Notes under the pieces: generated by a model
The model's input: the letters and a program-made list of their open reading frames with translations, nothing else
Told to the model about the DNA's origin: nothing
Database searches by the model: none
Shown here: one piece after another, positions 37,682 through 48,000 of the stretch
How the letters are laid out: each line of letters opens with the position of its first letter
How positions within the stretch are numbered: the stretch's first letter is position 1
Program-made: the position numbers and the translations under genes
Source of the DNA: Candidatus Spongiisociaceae bacterium
Lineage (GTDB): Bacteria; Actinomycetota; Acidimicrobiia; Spongiisociales; Spongiisociaceae
Direction of reading: 5' to 3'
DNA length: 64,000 bases
Assembly: GCA_965219685.1 (NCBI GenBank)
Contig: CBDCOH010000002.1
Coordinates: forward strand, 4,000,001-4,064,000

Positions 37682-38341
37682 ATGGATGTGTTCGAGGTGA
37701 TGCGGACCCAGCGCAGCGTCAAACGGTTCCGGACTGATCCGGTCGACCGGGCCGACATCGAAGCCATCCTCACCGCTGCGACATGGGCGCCCAACGGCAG
37801 CAACCGCCAGGCTTGGGAGTTCGTCGTGGTGGACGATGCGGACACCAAGGCGGCCCTGGCCGATGTGTACCGGGACTCCTGGAACTTCCTGTACCGGCAG
37901 CGGAGCACGCGGCGTAGTTTCCACGACCCGCGGACCGCCCAGGCGAAGATGATCCGGGACTCGCAGCATCTCAAGGAGCATCTCGAAGAGGCGCCCGTGC
38001 TCATCCTCGTTTGCATGGATACGAGCAAGAACCTGGTGTCCACGGACGGCGTGATGCGGATGTACTGGGAGGAGGGCAACTACACGTCGACCCTCCCGGC
38101 GGTCCAGAACCTGATGATCGCCGCGAGGGCGCTCGGGCTCGGCACATGCCTCACGACAGCCCTGAACGTATTCGCCGAGAAGGCGAAGGACATACTCGGC
38201 CTCCCGGACGAGATGCGGACCATAGCGTTGATTCCGCTGGGGTACCCGGAAGAGCCCTTCAGGCCACTGAACCGTATCCCGGCCGCGGAGTCCACACATT
38301 GGAACGGGTGGGGACACCGGACCCCCTCCGGGTCCGGGTAG
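37682..38341 (+). CDS. Nitroreductase family protein
   Basis: RSVKRF, APNGSNRQAWEFVVV, QNLMIAARALGLG, IPLGYP. Confidence 0.92.
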   Translation: MDVFEVMRTQRSVKRFRTDPVDRADIEAILTAATWAPNGSNRQAWEFVVVDDADTKAALADVYRDSWNFLYRQRSTRRSFHDPRTAQAKMIRDSQHLKEHLEEAPVLILVCMDTSKNLVSTDGVMRMYWEEGNYTSTLPAVQNLMIAARALGLGTCLTTALNVFAEKAKDILGLPDEMRTIALIPLGYPEEPFRPLNRIPAAESTHWNGWGHRTPSGSG

Positions 38342-38380
38342 GGTCAGATGGATCCGAGGCGCGGGAAGGGAGGGCTGTCA

Positions 38381-39061
38381 GTGCGACACAGGACGTTCCG
38401 GGGACGAATCGACTACGTACATCGCAAGGATGGCGAGATCGGCCGTGAGTGGTTCAGCGTCACCGCCCAGCCGGGCGGGGACCGGACCCTGCGGGCGCAT
38501 TGCGAGATGGACGATGTGGAGTTGCTGCGGGAGGTGGTCCAGACCCATGACCCCGAATGGCTGCCCGTCGACGCCTTCGTCAGGTTGACCCAGTACGGGA
38601 GCTTCGTCGGCAGCAGTTGGTTCAACTTCGTTGACGAAGGGATCCAGTGTGAGGGCGTCACCGCCGATGCCGGCCGCTTCTCGCAATGGCTGCCGACCGA
38701 CGGCCGTGTCCGGCTCTTCGCCAGCCACCCGGTGGCAGCGGACGGCATGCAGTGTGCGGCCTACGATCATGATTCGCCAGAGCGGATACAGACCATCAGG
38801 CCTTGGGCCAACTCGTCTCCACGACCCGATGGAGCGTCGGGGCCGATGGCGGCTATCGGGAAGAAGGTCATCGAGTACATGGGTGTGGAGGAGGTCACCG
38901 TTCCGGCGGGCACGTTCGAAGCGCGCCACTACTCGCTCCATCCTTCGCGGCCGGACTGGACACCGCTCGAGACGTGGGTCACGGGTCCCGACTACCTGTT
39001 CGTGAAGCTGAGTTGGGATGTGTTCGAAGCCGATTACGTACTCGCCGAACTAGATGATTAG
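38381..39061 (+). CDS. Hypothetical beta-rich protein (DUF3108-like)
   Basis: GREWF, RTLRAHCE, EEVTVPAGTF motif. Confidence 0.7.
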   Translation: MRHRTFRGRIDYVHRKDGEIGREWFSVTAQPGGDRTLRAHCEMDDVELLREVVQTHDPEWLPVDAFVRLTQYGSFVGSSWFNFVDEGIQCEGVTADAGRFSQWLPTDGRVRLFASHPVAADGMQCAAYDHDSPERIQTIRPWANSSPRPDGASGPMAAIGKKVIEYMGVEEVTVPAGTFEARHYSLHPSRPDWTPLETWVTGPDYLFVKLSWDVFEADYVLAELDD

Positions 39062-39148
39062 TTGCTCGTTGCTAGTTGTTAGTTGTTAGCCGGTGGTTAG
39101 CTTTGGGCCAAGGTATTTGACTGCTCGTCTAGGGGCGTGGGAGGGGCG

Positions 39149-40771
39149 ATGAGGGTCCGGCGCCGTTTCCTGGAGGTCGTTGGCAGGCAGGTCCAGTACC
39201 GGACCGCCGGTGACGGTCCGCCGGTGATCGTGCTGCACGATGTGCCCGGTTCTTCGACGCAGGCCGCCAGAGTCGTCAGGGCGTTGGCAGAGACCCGGCG
39301 GGTCTACGCACCCGACGCTCCCGGTCACGGGCTCTCGGATCGCTGCTCGCCGCCGGATGACGTCACCGCCTTCGTCGAATCGACAGTCGCGTTCGCCGAC
39401 GCGCTCGGGCTGGGCCGGGTACCGCTGGTAGGTCCGGGGACCGGGGGGCTGCTCGCGCTGGCTGTTGCCCGCACCGATCCCGGACGGTTTCCCATCGTGG
39501 TGGACCGAAGCGTTCGGATCGGTTCGAAGCGACGCGAAAGGCTCCGGGCGGAAGGGTATCCGGCCTTCGCGCCCCGTCTCGACGGAGCCCATCTCGCCTC
39601 GGTCTGGCACTGGGTCCGCAGCCGGTTCATGTACCGGGCGCCCGATGGCAGCACGGCGGAGGACCGGCTCCGGATGGACCTGCCGTCGCCCCAATGGCTC
39701 AGCGATCTGGCGGTCGAGATACTGCGTCGCGGTCCCGGGCACGCAGACCTGGCAAGGGCCGCGCTGGCGCGGGACCCGGGCCCTGCTATCCGCACCGTGT
39801 CGGAGGCGGGTTCCCTGCAGGAGGTCGACTTCGGTCCGCCGGAGGCGCCGTCCAATGGGTTGGCGCCAGCGGTGGCGGCATCCGGCCGCCTTGGCGCCGC
39901 CCCGCCGAGGCCACCGCAGCCCGCTTCGCGACCCGGCCGGATCTCGCGAATGTTCGTCGACACACCGCAAGGTCAACTCCATCTCCGCCAGTCGGGAGCC
40001 GGGGGGCGACCCCTGCTCATGATCCACCAGTCGCCCGGTTCGGCCGAGAGCCTGGAGCCGATGATCTCGCATCTGGCCTCGGACCGCCTGGTCCTGGCGC
40101 CCGACACCCTCGGCAACGGGCACTCGGACAAGCCGCCGGTCGATCACGCCGAGATCGGCTACTACGCGGATGTCCTGGCGGCTGCGCTGGACGAACTGGG
40201 CGTCGACAGGGTGGATGTCTGGGGATCCCACACGGGCGCCCTGATCGCCATGGAGTTCGCCGTCCGGTATCCGGATCGCGTGCGGCGTCTCGGCATGGAC
40301 GGGATAACGCTGTTCGATCCGGCCTTCGTGGAGGAGGCCCTGGCGAACTACTTCCCGCCCCTGGAGCCGGACATGCACGGCCTGCACCTGCTCAGGGCCT
40401 GGCTGATCCGCCTCGACATGTACCTGTTCTGGCCTTGGTACAACCACAGCGCGGGAGGCGCCAACGTCAGGCCGCTACCCGAGGTGGGCGCGCTCAAGCA
40501 GTGGGCCGACGACCTGCTGGCCAGCGGGCGCAGTTGGCGCGTGGCCTACCGGGCCGCCTTCGAATACCCGACCCGGGATCGCCTTCCCCTGCTTGCCCGT
40601 CCGACGCTGCTCGCCACGTCCCCGGTCGATCCGCTTCGCTTCTACTCGGAGGAGGCGGCCCGGATCAGCGATTCCATCACGGTGGCCGAGTCGCAGGGTT
40701 ACGTGACTCCCGAAGCCGCGCGGCACACAGCCGAGTTGTACCGGGCGTTCTTCGACCGCCCCTACCGATAG
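39149..40771 (+). CDS. Tandem two-domain alpha/beta-hydrolase-fold protein
   Basis: Two repeats: VLHD.P/PDAPGHG.SD and IHQSP/PDTLGNG.SD; second elbow GSHTG. Confidence 0.85.
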   Translation: MRVRRRFLEVVGRQVQYRTAGDGPPVIVLHDVPGSSTQAARVVRALAETRRVYAPDAPGHGLSDRCSPPDDVTAFVESTVAFADALGLGRVPLVGPGTGGLLALAVARTDPGRFPIVVDRSVRIGSKRRERLRAEGYPAFAPRLDGAHLASVWHWVRSRFMYRAPDGSTAEDRLRMDLPSPQWLSDLAVEILRRGPGHADLARAALARDPGPAIRTVSEAGSLQEVDFGPPEAPSNGLAPAVAASGRLGAAPPRPPQPASRPGRISRMFVDTPQGQLHLRQSGAGGRPLLMIHQSPGSAESLEPMISHLASDRLVLAPDTLGNGHSDKPPVDHAEIGYYADVLAAALDELGVDRVDVWGSHTGALIAMEFAVRYPDRVRRLGMDGITLFDPAFVEEALANYFPPLEPDMHGLHLLRAWLIRLDMYLFWPWYNHSAGGANVRPLPEVGALKQWADDLLASGRSWRVAYRAAFEYPTRDRLPLLARPTLLATSPVDPLRFYSEEAARISDSITVAESQGYVTPEAARHTAELYRAFFDRPYR

Positions 40772-40779
40772 GAGAGACG

Positions 40780-41772
40780 ATGTCTGACCCCGGAACCGCC
40801 CTCGGGATCTCTATATGCGGGGTTGAGAGCCTCGACGGGGCCCTCGAGTACTACCGCGATCTGGTGGGGTTGGATGTCCTGGAGGACGGGACCTGGGCTG
40901 GCAAGGACTTCGAGGATCATTGGCACCTTCCCGGGGGAAGCGCGGCCCGGGCCGCGCTGGTCGGCTTCGGCGACAGCCCGGTCGGTCGGGTGCTGTTGGT
41001 CGAGTTCGACGCCGCCCACCGGGTGAGGGTGAGACCGCACAAGGAGAGGGCCTTCTACGGGCTCTTCAACCTCAACTTCTACTGCTACGACATACCGGCG
41101 GCGGTGGTGGAACTGAAGGCACGCGGCTACGAGGTGTGGAGCGATCCGCTCACCTACAACGTCTCCGCCCAGGCTGGCCAACCGACGGAGGTCCTCTACG
41201 ACGGGCCGGACGGGATCATCATCAACCTGGTGCAACCGGCCGGAGGAGGGGGTACGGCCGTGGCGGAGATGAAGGCGTACCTGGACTCGCACGGTGTCAC
41301 CTCCCGCGGCTTCACGGAGGTCGCCACCTCCTCCCATCGGGTCAAGGACCGGGATCCGGCCTTCGCCTTCCATCGGGATGTGCTGGGCCAGGAGATCTTC
41401 ATCGACGCCACGCTCGGGTCCGAGTCCACCAACCAGCTCTGGACCCTGCCCGACGAGGCCCGGACCAGGGCCACCTTCATGAGGGGTTCCCATCCGTTCG
41501 GCAAGGTGGTGCTGAGCCAGCCTCTCAACTACCGGCCGCCGGACTTCGTTCCCCGAGCCGTCGCTCCCAACATCGGTTACCTGGCCATGGTGTTCCCGGT
41601 CCCCGACCTCGCCGCGGCCTTGGACGCCGCCGACCTGGCACCCGATGGTGTGATCAACAGTCCCACCGAACTGACCATCCCTGGTGTGGGGAAGCGGACC
41701 ATAGCTGTCATCAGGGCTCCCGGGAGTGGCGCAAGGTACGAACTCATGGAGGATGACGTTCCCCAACCGTAG
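40780..41772 (+). CDS. VOC family protein
   Basis: ATG 40780 after AGGAG; GPDGIIINL, AVAPNIGY. Confidence 0.82.
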   Translation: MSDPGTALGISICGVESLDGALEYYRDLVGLDVLEDGTWAGKDFEDHWHLPGGSAARAALVGFGDSPVGRVLLVEFDAAHRVRVRPHKERAFYGLFNLNFYCYDIPAAVVELKARGYEVWSDPLTYNVSAQAGQPTEVLYDGPDGIIINLVQPAGGGGTAVAEMKAYLDSHGVTSRGFTEVATSSHRVKDRDPAFAFHRDVLGQEIFIDATLGSESTNQLWTLPDEARTRATFMRGSHPFGKVVLSQPLNYRPPDFVPRAVAPNIGYLAMVFPVPDLAAALDAADLAPDGVINSPTELTIPGVGKRTIAVIRAPGSGARYELMEDDVPQP

Positions 41773-41794
41773 GTGGTTGGCCTCGGATCGGGCC

Positions 41795-41829
41795 TTACGT
41801 ATACTAGAAACCACTATACGTATACGTAA
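41795..41829. promoter_or_regulatory. Inverted repeat upstream of TA operon (candidate antitoxin operator)
   Basis: TTACGTATAC-N15-GTATACGTAA. Confidence 0.55.
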
Positions 41830-41840
41830 CGGAGAAGACC

Positions 41841-42065
41841 ATGAAGCAGAAGCTGACCGTGACCGTGGAGGCCGAGCTGATCCCGCTGGCGAAGAGGTAC
41901 GCCCGCTCCCGAGGAGTCTCAGTCTCAGCCCTGATCGAGGAGTCGCTGCGGGATATCACGAAGGCGGCGACACCATCCTTCTCCTCCAGGTGGCGAGGCA
42001 AGTTTCGCGAGGCTGAACGGGACGACCAGCGTTACGAAGCGCTGGCTCGGAAGTACCTCCGCTGA
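41841..42065 (+). CDS. RHH-type antitoxin (DUF6364-like)
   Basis: MKQKLTVTV....AKRYA..RGVSVSALIE, C-terminal LARKYL. Confidence 0.82.
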   Translation: MKQKLTVTVEAELIPLAKRYARSRGVSVSALIEESLRDITKAATPSFSSRWRGKFREAERDDQRYEALARKYLR

Positions 42066-42469
42066 TGCTCCTGGACACGGACGTGCTCATCGACATCGCC
42101 CTCGACAGGCACCCGTTCGCGCAGCCGGCTGCGGACCTCGTGGACCGGATCGAGCAGAGCCGCAGGAGAGCATTCATAGCATGGCACTCCGTATCCAATC
42201 TCTACTACATCGTCGCGCCGGTGCACGGCGGGACACGAACCCGCGACTTCATCGTCGATCTCACGCGGATCGTCGAGGTGGCGACCACAGGCACCGAGGC
42301 CGTCCGGTACGCCGCCGGACTCCCCATGGCGGACTTCGAGGACGCCTTGCAGGTGGCCGCCGCGCATGGGTCTGGGGCTCGGCACATCGTCACCAGAAAC
42401 ATACGGGACTACAGAAGATCCCCGATCCGAGCCATGAGCCCGGCAGAGGCTCTCAGCGAACTGTTCTGA
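42065..42469 (+). CDS. PIN-domain toxin
   Basis: LLDTDVLID, DFEDALQ, IVTRNIRDY. Confidence 0.9.
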   Translation: MLLDTDVLIDIALDRHPFAQPAADLVDRIEQSRRRAFIAWHSVSNLYYIVAPVHGGTRTRDFIVDLTRIVEVATTGTEAVRYAAGLPMADFEDALQVAAAHGSGARHIVTRNIRDYRRSPIRAMSPAEALSELF

Positions 42470-42560
42470 CGGAAGGGCTTCCGACCGGCCACATAGCAGT
42501 GGGTGGCAACGTCGCGTTGGGGTCAGCGACACGGGCGGGCATGCGCGCGGGTCTCCCTTC

Positions 42561-43016
42561 CTAGACCGGGGGAGGCGCGGGGGCGCGCGGGGTGTACTCG
42601 GTCGCCAGCAGCGCCTTCCCGGATGGGCTGAGCACGGCGGCGCCCACACCCACGAGGGTTATGGCGCCTCCGGCGACGTGTACCGGCGTGACGACCTCTC
42701 CTAGGAAGAACCAGGCCATGGCAGCTGCCAGGAATGGCAACGCCAGGTTCATGAGGGGCGGGACGTTGGCCGGCACCCAGCGCAGGCTCCAGGTGAGCAG
42801 GATGGCGCCGATGTCGCCCGGCACGACCACGACACCGAGCACCTGCAGCATGTCCGGGCCGGTAACGTTCAGGCCATCCTGGCGGGTGAACAGGCAGAAT
42901 AACGACACGCACAGCCCGCTGACCAGCAGCATGCCCATCGTCAGCGGGATGGTGTGCATCATTCCCCGGGCCAGTTTCATGGTCACTAACTGCACTGACC
43001 AAGAAACGACGGACGG
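42561..43016 (-). pseudogene. 3' fragment of DMT/EamA transporter (diverged copy of 51041-51496)
   Basis: Colinear with 51041 onward at offset 8480, mostly synonymous differences; the 5' half is missing. Confidence 0.88.
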
Positions 43017-43347
43017 GGCCCTCGAGTACTACCGCGATCTGGTCGGTTTGGATGTCGTGGAGGAAGGGACCTGGGCCGGCAAGGACTTCGAGGATCATTG
43101 GCACCTTCCCGGGGGAAGCGCGGCCCGGGCCGCGCTGGTCGGCTTCGGCGACAGCCCGGTCGGTCGGGTGCTGTTGGTCGAGTTCGACGCCGCCCACCGG
43201 GTGAGGGTGAGACCCCACAGGGAGAGGGCCTTCTACGGGCTCTTCAACCTCAACTTCTACTGCTACGACATACCGGCGGCGGTGGTGGAACTGAAGGCAC
43301 GCGGCTACGAGGTGTGGAGCGATCCACTCACCTACAACGTCTCCGCC
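43012..43347 (+). pseudogene. Internal fragment of VOC gene (diverged copy of 40834-41169)
   Basis: 336-bp colinear near-identical copy lacking the start and the 3' part. Confidence 0.88.
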
Positions 43348-43349
43348 AT

Positions 43350-43433
43350 ACCCCCACACCACCCCGTGTAGTGGAAACACCCCACTCCCGCACACCCCCT
43401 GACCAGGCAAAACGTAAACACCCGCAAAGTCGG
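43350..43433. mobile_element. Remnant right end of an IS1634-like element
   Basis: Reverse-complement similarity to 48989-49075 (cccccacacc..gtagtggaaacacccc..ctgaccaggcaaaacg..aacacccgc). Confidence 0.75.
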
Positions 43434-43655
43434 CTCAGAGTCGAAATTGCGAGGAGCCGCGCGTCGCGCAGATTTTGGTGAAGTCCCTGGACGGATCACC
43501 AACGGTCGCGGTCGGGAGTGCAAGCGTTGAGAGGATCCCCGCTCCAACGTGACGTGCCGGTTACTTCACTACAGCGAGGCAGAGAGGTGTAGAGTTGTTC
43601 ACATATGTGCGCGGGAGCAGCCGAGCCCCCGGGCGGACTGAGAGAGGAACCGCAC

Positions 43656-44918
43656 ATGTTCAGGAAAAGTACCGGGCTCGCTGCCGTCATAGTGCTGAGC
43701 GTCGCTGTCGGTGGGGCGGTGCTGGCCACCTCTGGCAGCTTCGATCCTCACGGGAAGCCGCCGACCAAGGGTTATGTGGCGGTCGAGGCGTACAAGTGGC
43801 TGCGAGACAACGCCCCGGATGCGATTGCCGGCTGTGAGAAAACGGTCGACCGGTTTGACGACCTGCGCCAGCCGGGGGTGTCGAAGTTCAAACGGGAGGC
43901 GATAAACTGCCTGGACTCGGTGGGGTTCTTCGACAACTATCCGGTGGCGGACCCGGCACCTGGACCTGGACAGGACGTCGGTTCCGGGACATCCGTTGAG
44001 GCGCCGGTGGTTCAGGTTCCCTCCGGCACTTCGACGGAGCTTGCGGTGGTCTTTGAGGCGGTCGTTCGAGTTGGGGAGACGAGGGCGTATGACTTCGGTA
44101 TTCGCACGAAGGATCCTCGGGGTAGTTGGATTGAGGCGTGCAAGACGTTCAGGAACACGTCCGGTCGGGCTGGACCGGCAGTATTCGAGCAGGGGTTTTC
44201 GGGTCTGGAGCCCGAGACCGTGTACGAGGTCCGGTATCGGTATCGCAACTCGTCGCAGTGCGGTCGCGGCTCTCCCACCGCGTGGTCCGCGATAGGGGAG
44301 GGCACCACCGGCGCCGAGGAGTCCGGGAGTTCTTCGGGGTCATCCCGTGAGGCGCCGGTGGTTCAGGTTCCCTCCGGCACTTCGACGGAGCTTGTGGTGG
44401 TCTTTGAGGATGTCTTCGTTCGAGTTGGGGTGAGGGCGTATGACTTCGGTATTCGTACAAAGGATCCTCGGGGTAGTTGGATTGAGGCGTGCAGGAGGTT
44501 CAGAAACCCGCCCAGTGGGGCTGTAGCGGCAGTAATGAGGCCGCGTTTTTCGGGTCTGGAGCCCGAGACCGTGTACGAGGTCCGGTATCGGTATCGCAAC
44601 TCGTCGGAGTGCGGTCGCGGCTCTCCCAGCGGGTGGTCCGCGATAGGGGAGGGCACCACCGGCGCCGAGGAGTCCGGGAGTTCTTCGAGGTCATACCGCG
44701 CGGGAGACGCTATTCCTGGTTTCCCGGCCGGGTTCAGCGCTCTGTCGGGGGCTTTCAGAAACGGTGTGCAGGTTACCGCTGTTGGCGGAGTGGTCACTAT
44801 CACGATGAGCAACGGCGGAACGGCGGAGTACGCCGACGCGACGTACACGTGTGCATCGGCAGGAGGATGTGTGATCGAGGACGGCCGCGTGATTCGCGGG
44901 ATAGTGATTGCATCATGA
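43656..44918 (+). CDS. Secreted protein with two tandem fibronectin type III-like repeats
   Basis: Signal peptide; FSGLEPETVYEVRYRYRN...WS occurs twice with a period of 117 aa. Confidence 0.8.
   Translation: MFRKSTGLAAVIVLSVAVGGAVLATSGSFDPHGKPPTKGYVAVEAYKWLRDNAPDAIAGCEKTVDRFDDLRQPGVSKFKREAINCLDSVGFFDNYPVADPAPGPGQDVGSGTSVEAPVVQVPSGTSTELAVVFEAVVRVGETRAYDFGIRTKDPRGSWIEACKTFRNTSGRAGPAVFEQGFSGLEPETVYEVRYRYRNSSQCGRGSPTAWSAIGEGTTGAEESGSSSGSSREAPVVQVPSGTSTELVVVFEDVFVRVGVRAYDFGIRTKDPRGSWIEACRRFRNPPSGAVAAVMRPRFSGLEPETVYEVRYRYRNSSECGRGSPSGWSAIGEGTTGAEESGSSSRSYRAGDAIPGFPAGFSALSGAFRNGVQVTAVGGVVTITMSNGGTAEYADATYTCASAGGCVIEDGRVIRGIVIAS
43998..44687 (+). repeat. Intragenic direct repeat, period 351 bp
   Basis: gaggcgccggtggttcaggttccctccggcacttcgacggagctt at 43998 and 44349. 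Confidence 0.9.
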
Positions 44919-45035
44919 AGCGCCGGAGGCCAGCGGTAGGACCGAGCACTCGGATGTCGTGAGCGGTGCGATGTGGGGGATTGTCAGAGCGCCCCTCAGA
45001 CTGCGTCCGGGGCGCGGGAGGGGGGTAGTCGCTTG

Positions 45036-48000
45036 ATGGTCCGTCTGCTCACCGGCATAGGCGTATTGGTTCTGTTGACGGTTCTTAGCCCTCGCGCTGA
45101 GACAGCGATCGCCGGACCGTTGGAGGCTGCGGAGCGGCTCCTGGCTTCGGCGAGCGATCCGTTGGGTGACGTGGGCGATGACTGTGATGTTCATGGCGGG
45201 TCTCAGGAAGGCTGTTTCTCAGTGCCTGTGAAGGCTGGCCCGTTCGTTGACGAAGCGTCTGCTAGTCGATTGGGTCCGACGGCTCAGCAGACTGAGGTCC
45301 GTACCGGGTTATACGAGGATGTCAGCGAGGATGACATCTTCCATGCGAGCATACGGAGGCTGGCTTCGCAGGGGATCTTTGCCGGTACGGACTGTGCGGA
45401 GGGCAGGTTCTGCCCTTCGGATCCTGTTGAGCGCTGGGTGATGGCGGTCTGGATGATAAGGGCGGTCTTGGGTGATGATCCGCCGCCCGTCTCCATTACA
45501 CGGTTTGACGATGTGGAGACCACTGAGTGGTGGGCTCCGTACGTCGAGCAAGTGGCGGATTGGGGGGTCACGACGGGTTGTAAGCTTGCGCCGCTGCGCT
45601 TCTGCCCGACGGCCCCGGTCACACGCGGTCAGATGGCTGCGTTCTTTTCTCGCGCGCTCGGTCTCGATCGAGGGTCAGCGGAGTTCTTCGTGGACACTGG
45701 TGATACGGTTCATCGGGAGGCTATTGTGGCTCTGGCCGCGGCGGGGATCACCCAAGGTTGCAGGGTTGAGCCACCTAGTTACTGTCCTGACCGACGTGTG
45801 ACGAAGGGTCAGATGGCTGCGTTCTTGGGGCGGGCTCTCGATCTCGGTGTTCAAGTCAGGACCGCACGACTCGCACCGGAGGACGAGGCGGACTTTAAGC
45901 TGCGTGTGGTCCCGTACGTTCTGTCCGCTGAGTCCTATTCCTTGGACTTCGCGGAAGATGGTCGTTTCGTTGAGTACGGTAGTGGCTACAGGGCTCCCGG
46001 CCGTTTCGAGTATCGGGCTATCGGATCGAAGTCTGGCATCCTAGTCCAGACCTATGATGACGGCGGTTTCGGTGGGTCGTGCACGACGTCACTTTCGTTC
46101 AGCACGCGATGGGCCGGGAGCCTTGAGTATACGTGTGATGACGGCTCACGTAGTCGGCAGAAATGGCGGATCGCTCCTATCCCCGTGCGGCCTCCGCCGG
46201 ACGTTCGGCCTATCGAAGAAGGCTCGACGGTGTTGCAGGTTTCGTTCGTTGATTCCTTCGAGGCGAACGAAACCCGTGCCTACGACTATCAACTCAGGTC
46301 CACAAGTGAAACGGGCCCATGGACTTCAACGTGTGACACGATTACGAACGTCAGTGGCCACCAGATCCGGTCCCGGGCGGGAAGCCAACTCCGGGAGTTA
46401 TTGCCGGGCACGGAATATCACATCCGCTATCGGTACCGTGGGTCGTCATCATGTGGCACAAGCGTGAACCGTCCGTGGTCGCACACCGCCACCATAACCA
46501 CCAACGGCCCTCCCACTGTTCGACCACCCAGCTTTGCGGAGGAAAGCTCCACGACGCGGCGCATGGTCGAGGGAGCAGGCCCCGGCGTCGACGTCGGAGG
46601 GCCTGTCTCTGCTCAGGGTGTGGGTCCTGTCACCTACTCGCTTGAAGGACCCGACGCGCAGAGTTTCTTGGTTGCGAGTCACTCGGGCCAGATCCGTACG
46701 AACAACACCTCGATGTACGACTACGAGACAAAGAGCCGCTATCACGTCGTGGTTCGAGCCGTCGACGGCAACGACGTGAGCACGACGACTGATGTTGACA
46801 TCGTTCTGGGCGACTTGAAGCCGGCTTGCCGGAGTATTCCGGACCTCAGGCTCAGGGCCGGTGACCGAAGCGTGACTGCTCGGTGGAGCCGGCCGGATCG
46901 TCAAGACGGCGAAGCAGGGATCCTCGGATACCAAGTACAGCTGCGCCGAGGGTCGAGCAGTTCATGGGGTGATGACCGGATCATGCCCGGACCCCAGTTC
47001 CCAGGGGTGGCATACACCGGGCTCCGCAACGGGGAGGCTTACCAGGTACGGGTGCGCCCGTTGAACAACGAGGGATACTGCTCGTGGACCCGCTCCACTA
47101 CCGCGACGCCGACGACCGCTCTAGCACCTTCGGACCCCCAAGACCTAGATGACCGCCTGGATGAACGCTGGATCGGCACACCCGACCATCATCTGACGTT
47201 CTCCGCGCCGACCAGGTGTCGGTACACGTCGAACGGCTCGATCTCTGATGCGTATTGTAACTACCGCAGAACCTCCCCCGATGAGGGCGAGATCATATTG
47301 GAGTTCGACGATCCATCCCGTGGCTATTGCAGTGTCGCGCTGGCCTTTTCGTCTTTGACGTCAGGTTCCTTCCTGGATGAATGCTGGAACGCGGGTGTGA
47401 ACGCTGGTGAACCCCCCTCCGAGTTCGTTGTTCCACCACACGCGCCCCGCACAGCCGACGAACTCAGAGAGTTACTCGCACGAGATGGAGTACCGACAGT
47501 CACGACTGCTCCTAGAGATAGAGACGAGTTTCTTCGTCTATTCGCAGGTAGGACCAACCTCATTCCCGGTGTAGTAATCGGAACCTTCTTCTTTAAGAGC
47601 CACTCCCTATCTGCCATACCCGAAGTCGTCCCTAGTGAGAAGAGTCAAGCAGCCTATGCGACCATTCTGAAATACGATTCGATAGGCAATCGAGAATCGG
47701 CAGCGTTCCATCGTTGGGAATACAGCATGACAGGACCCACCCGAGGGTTGCTCACCGTTCTACCAAACGGTGGTAGCGGAGGCTATCAGTTCTCGCTTGA
47801 CTTTCGAACTGATGGAACCATCGGTATCACGGTAACGGACGATAGCGGCCAATCGGTTGACTGGATTAGCCGAACCTTTGAAGGGCTTGGAGCAGCGGGC
47901 GAGTTGATGGACTCGGTACCGATTATCCTTCCGACTCCTCCTATCGCGCCGATGAGCCTGGATCAGCCGGACTTCGCACCGGACGATGACGAGACTTACT

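Noticed and set aside
39694-40779. 692-aa ORF as a hydrolase-VOC fusion or frameshift
   Set aside because: The N-terminal part is an Arg/Pro/Gly-rich off-frame overlap with the hydrolase; the VOC gene has its own RBS and ATG at 40780.
43998-44687. Diversity-generating retroelement template/variable repeat pair
   Set aside because: Both copies are in-frame within one gene, differences are not evidently adenine-specific, and no reverse transcriptase is present.
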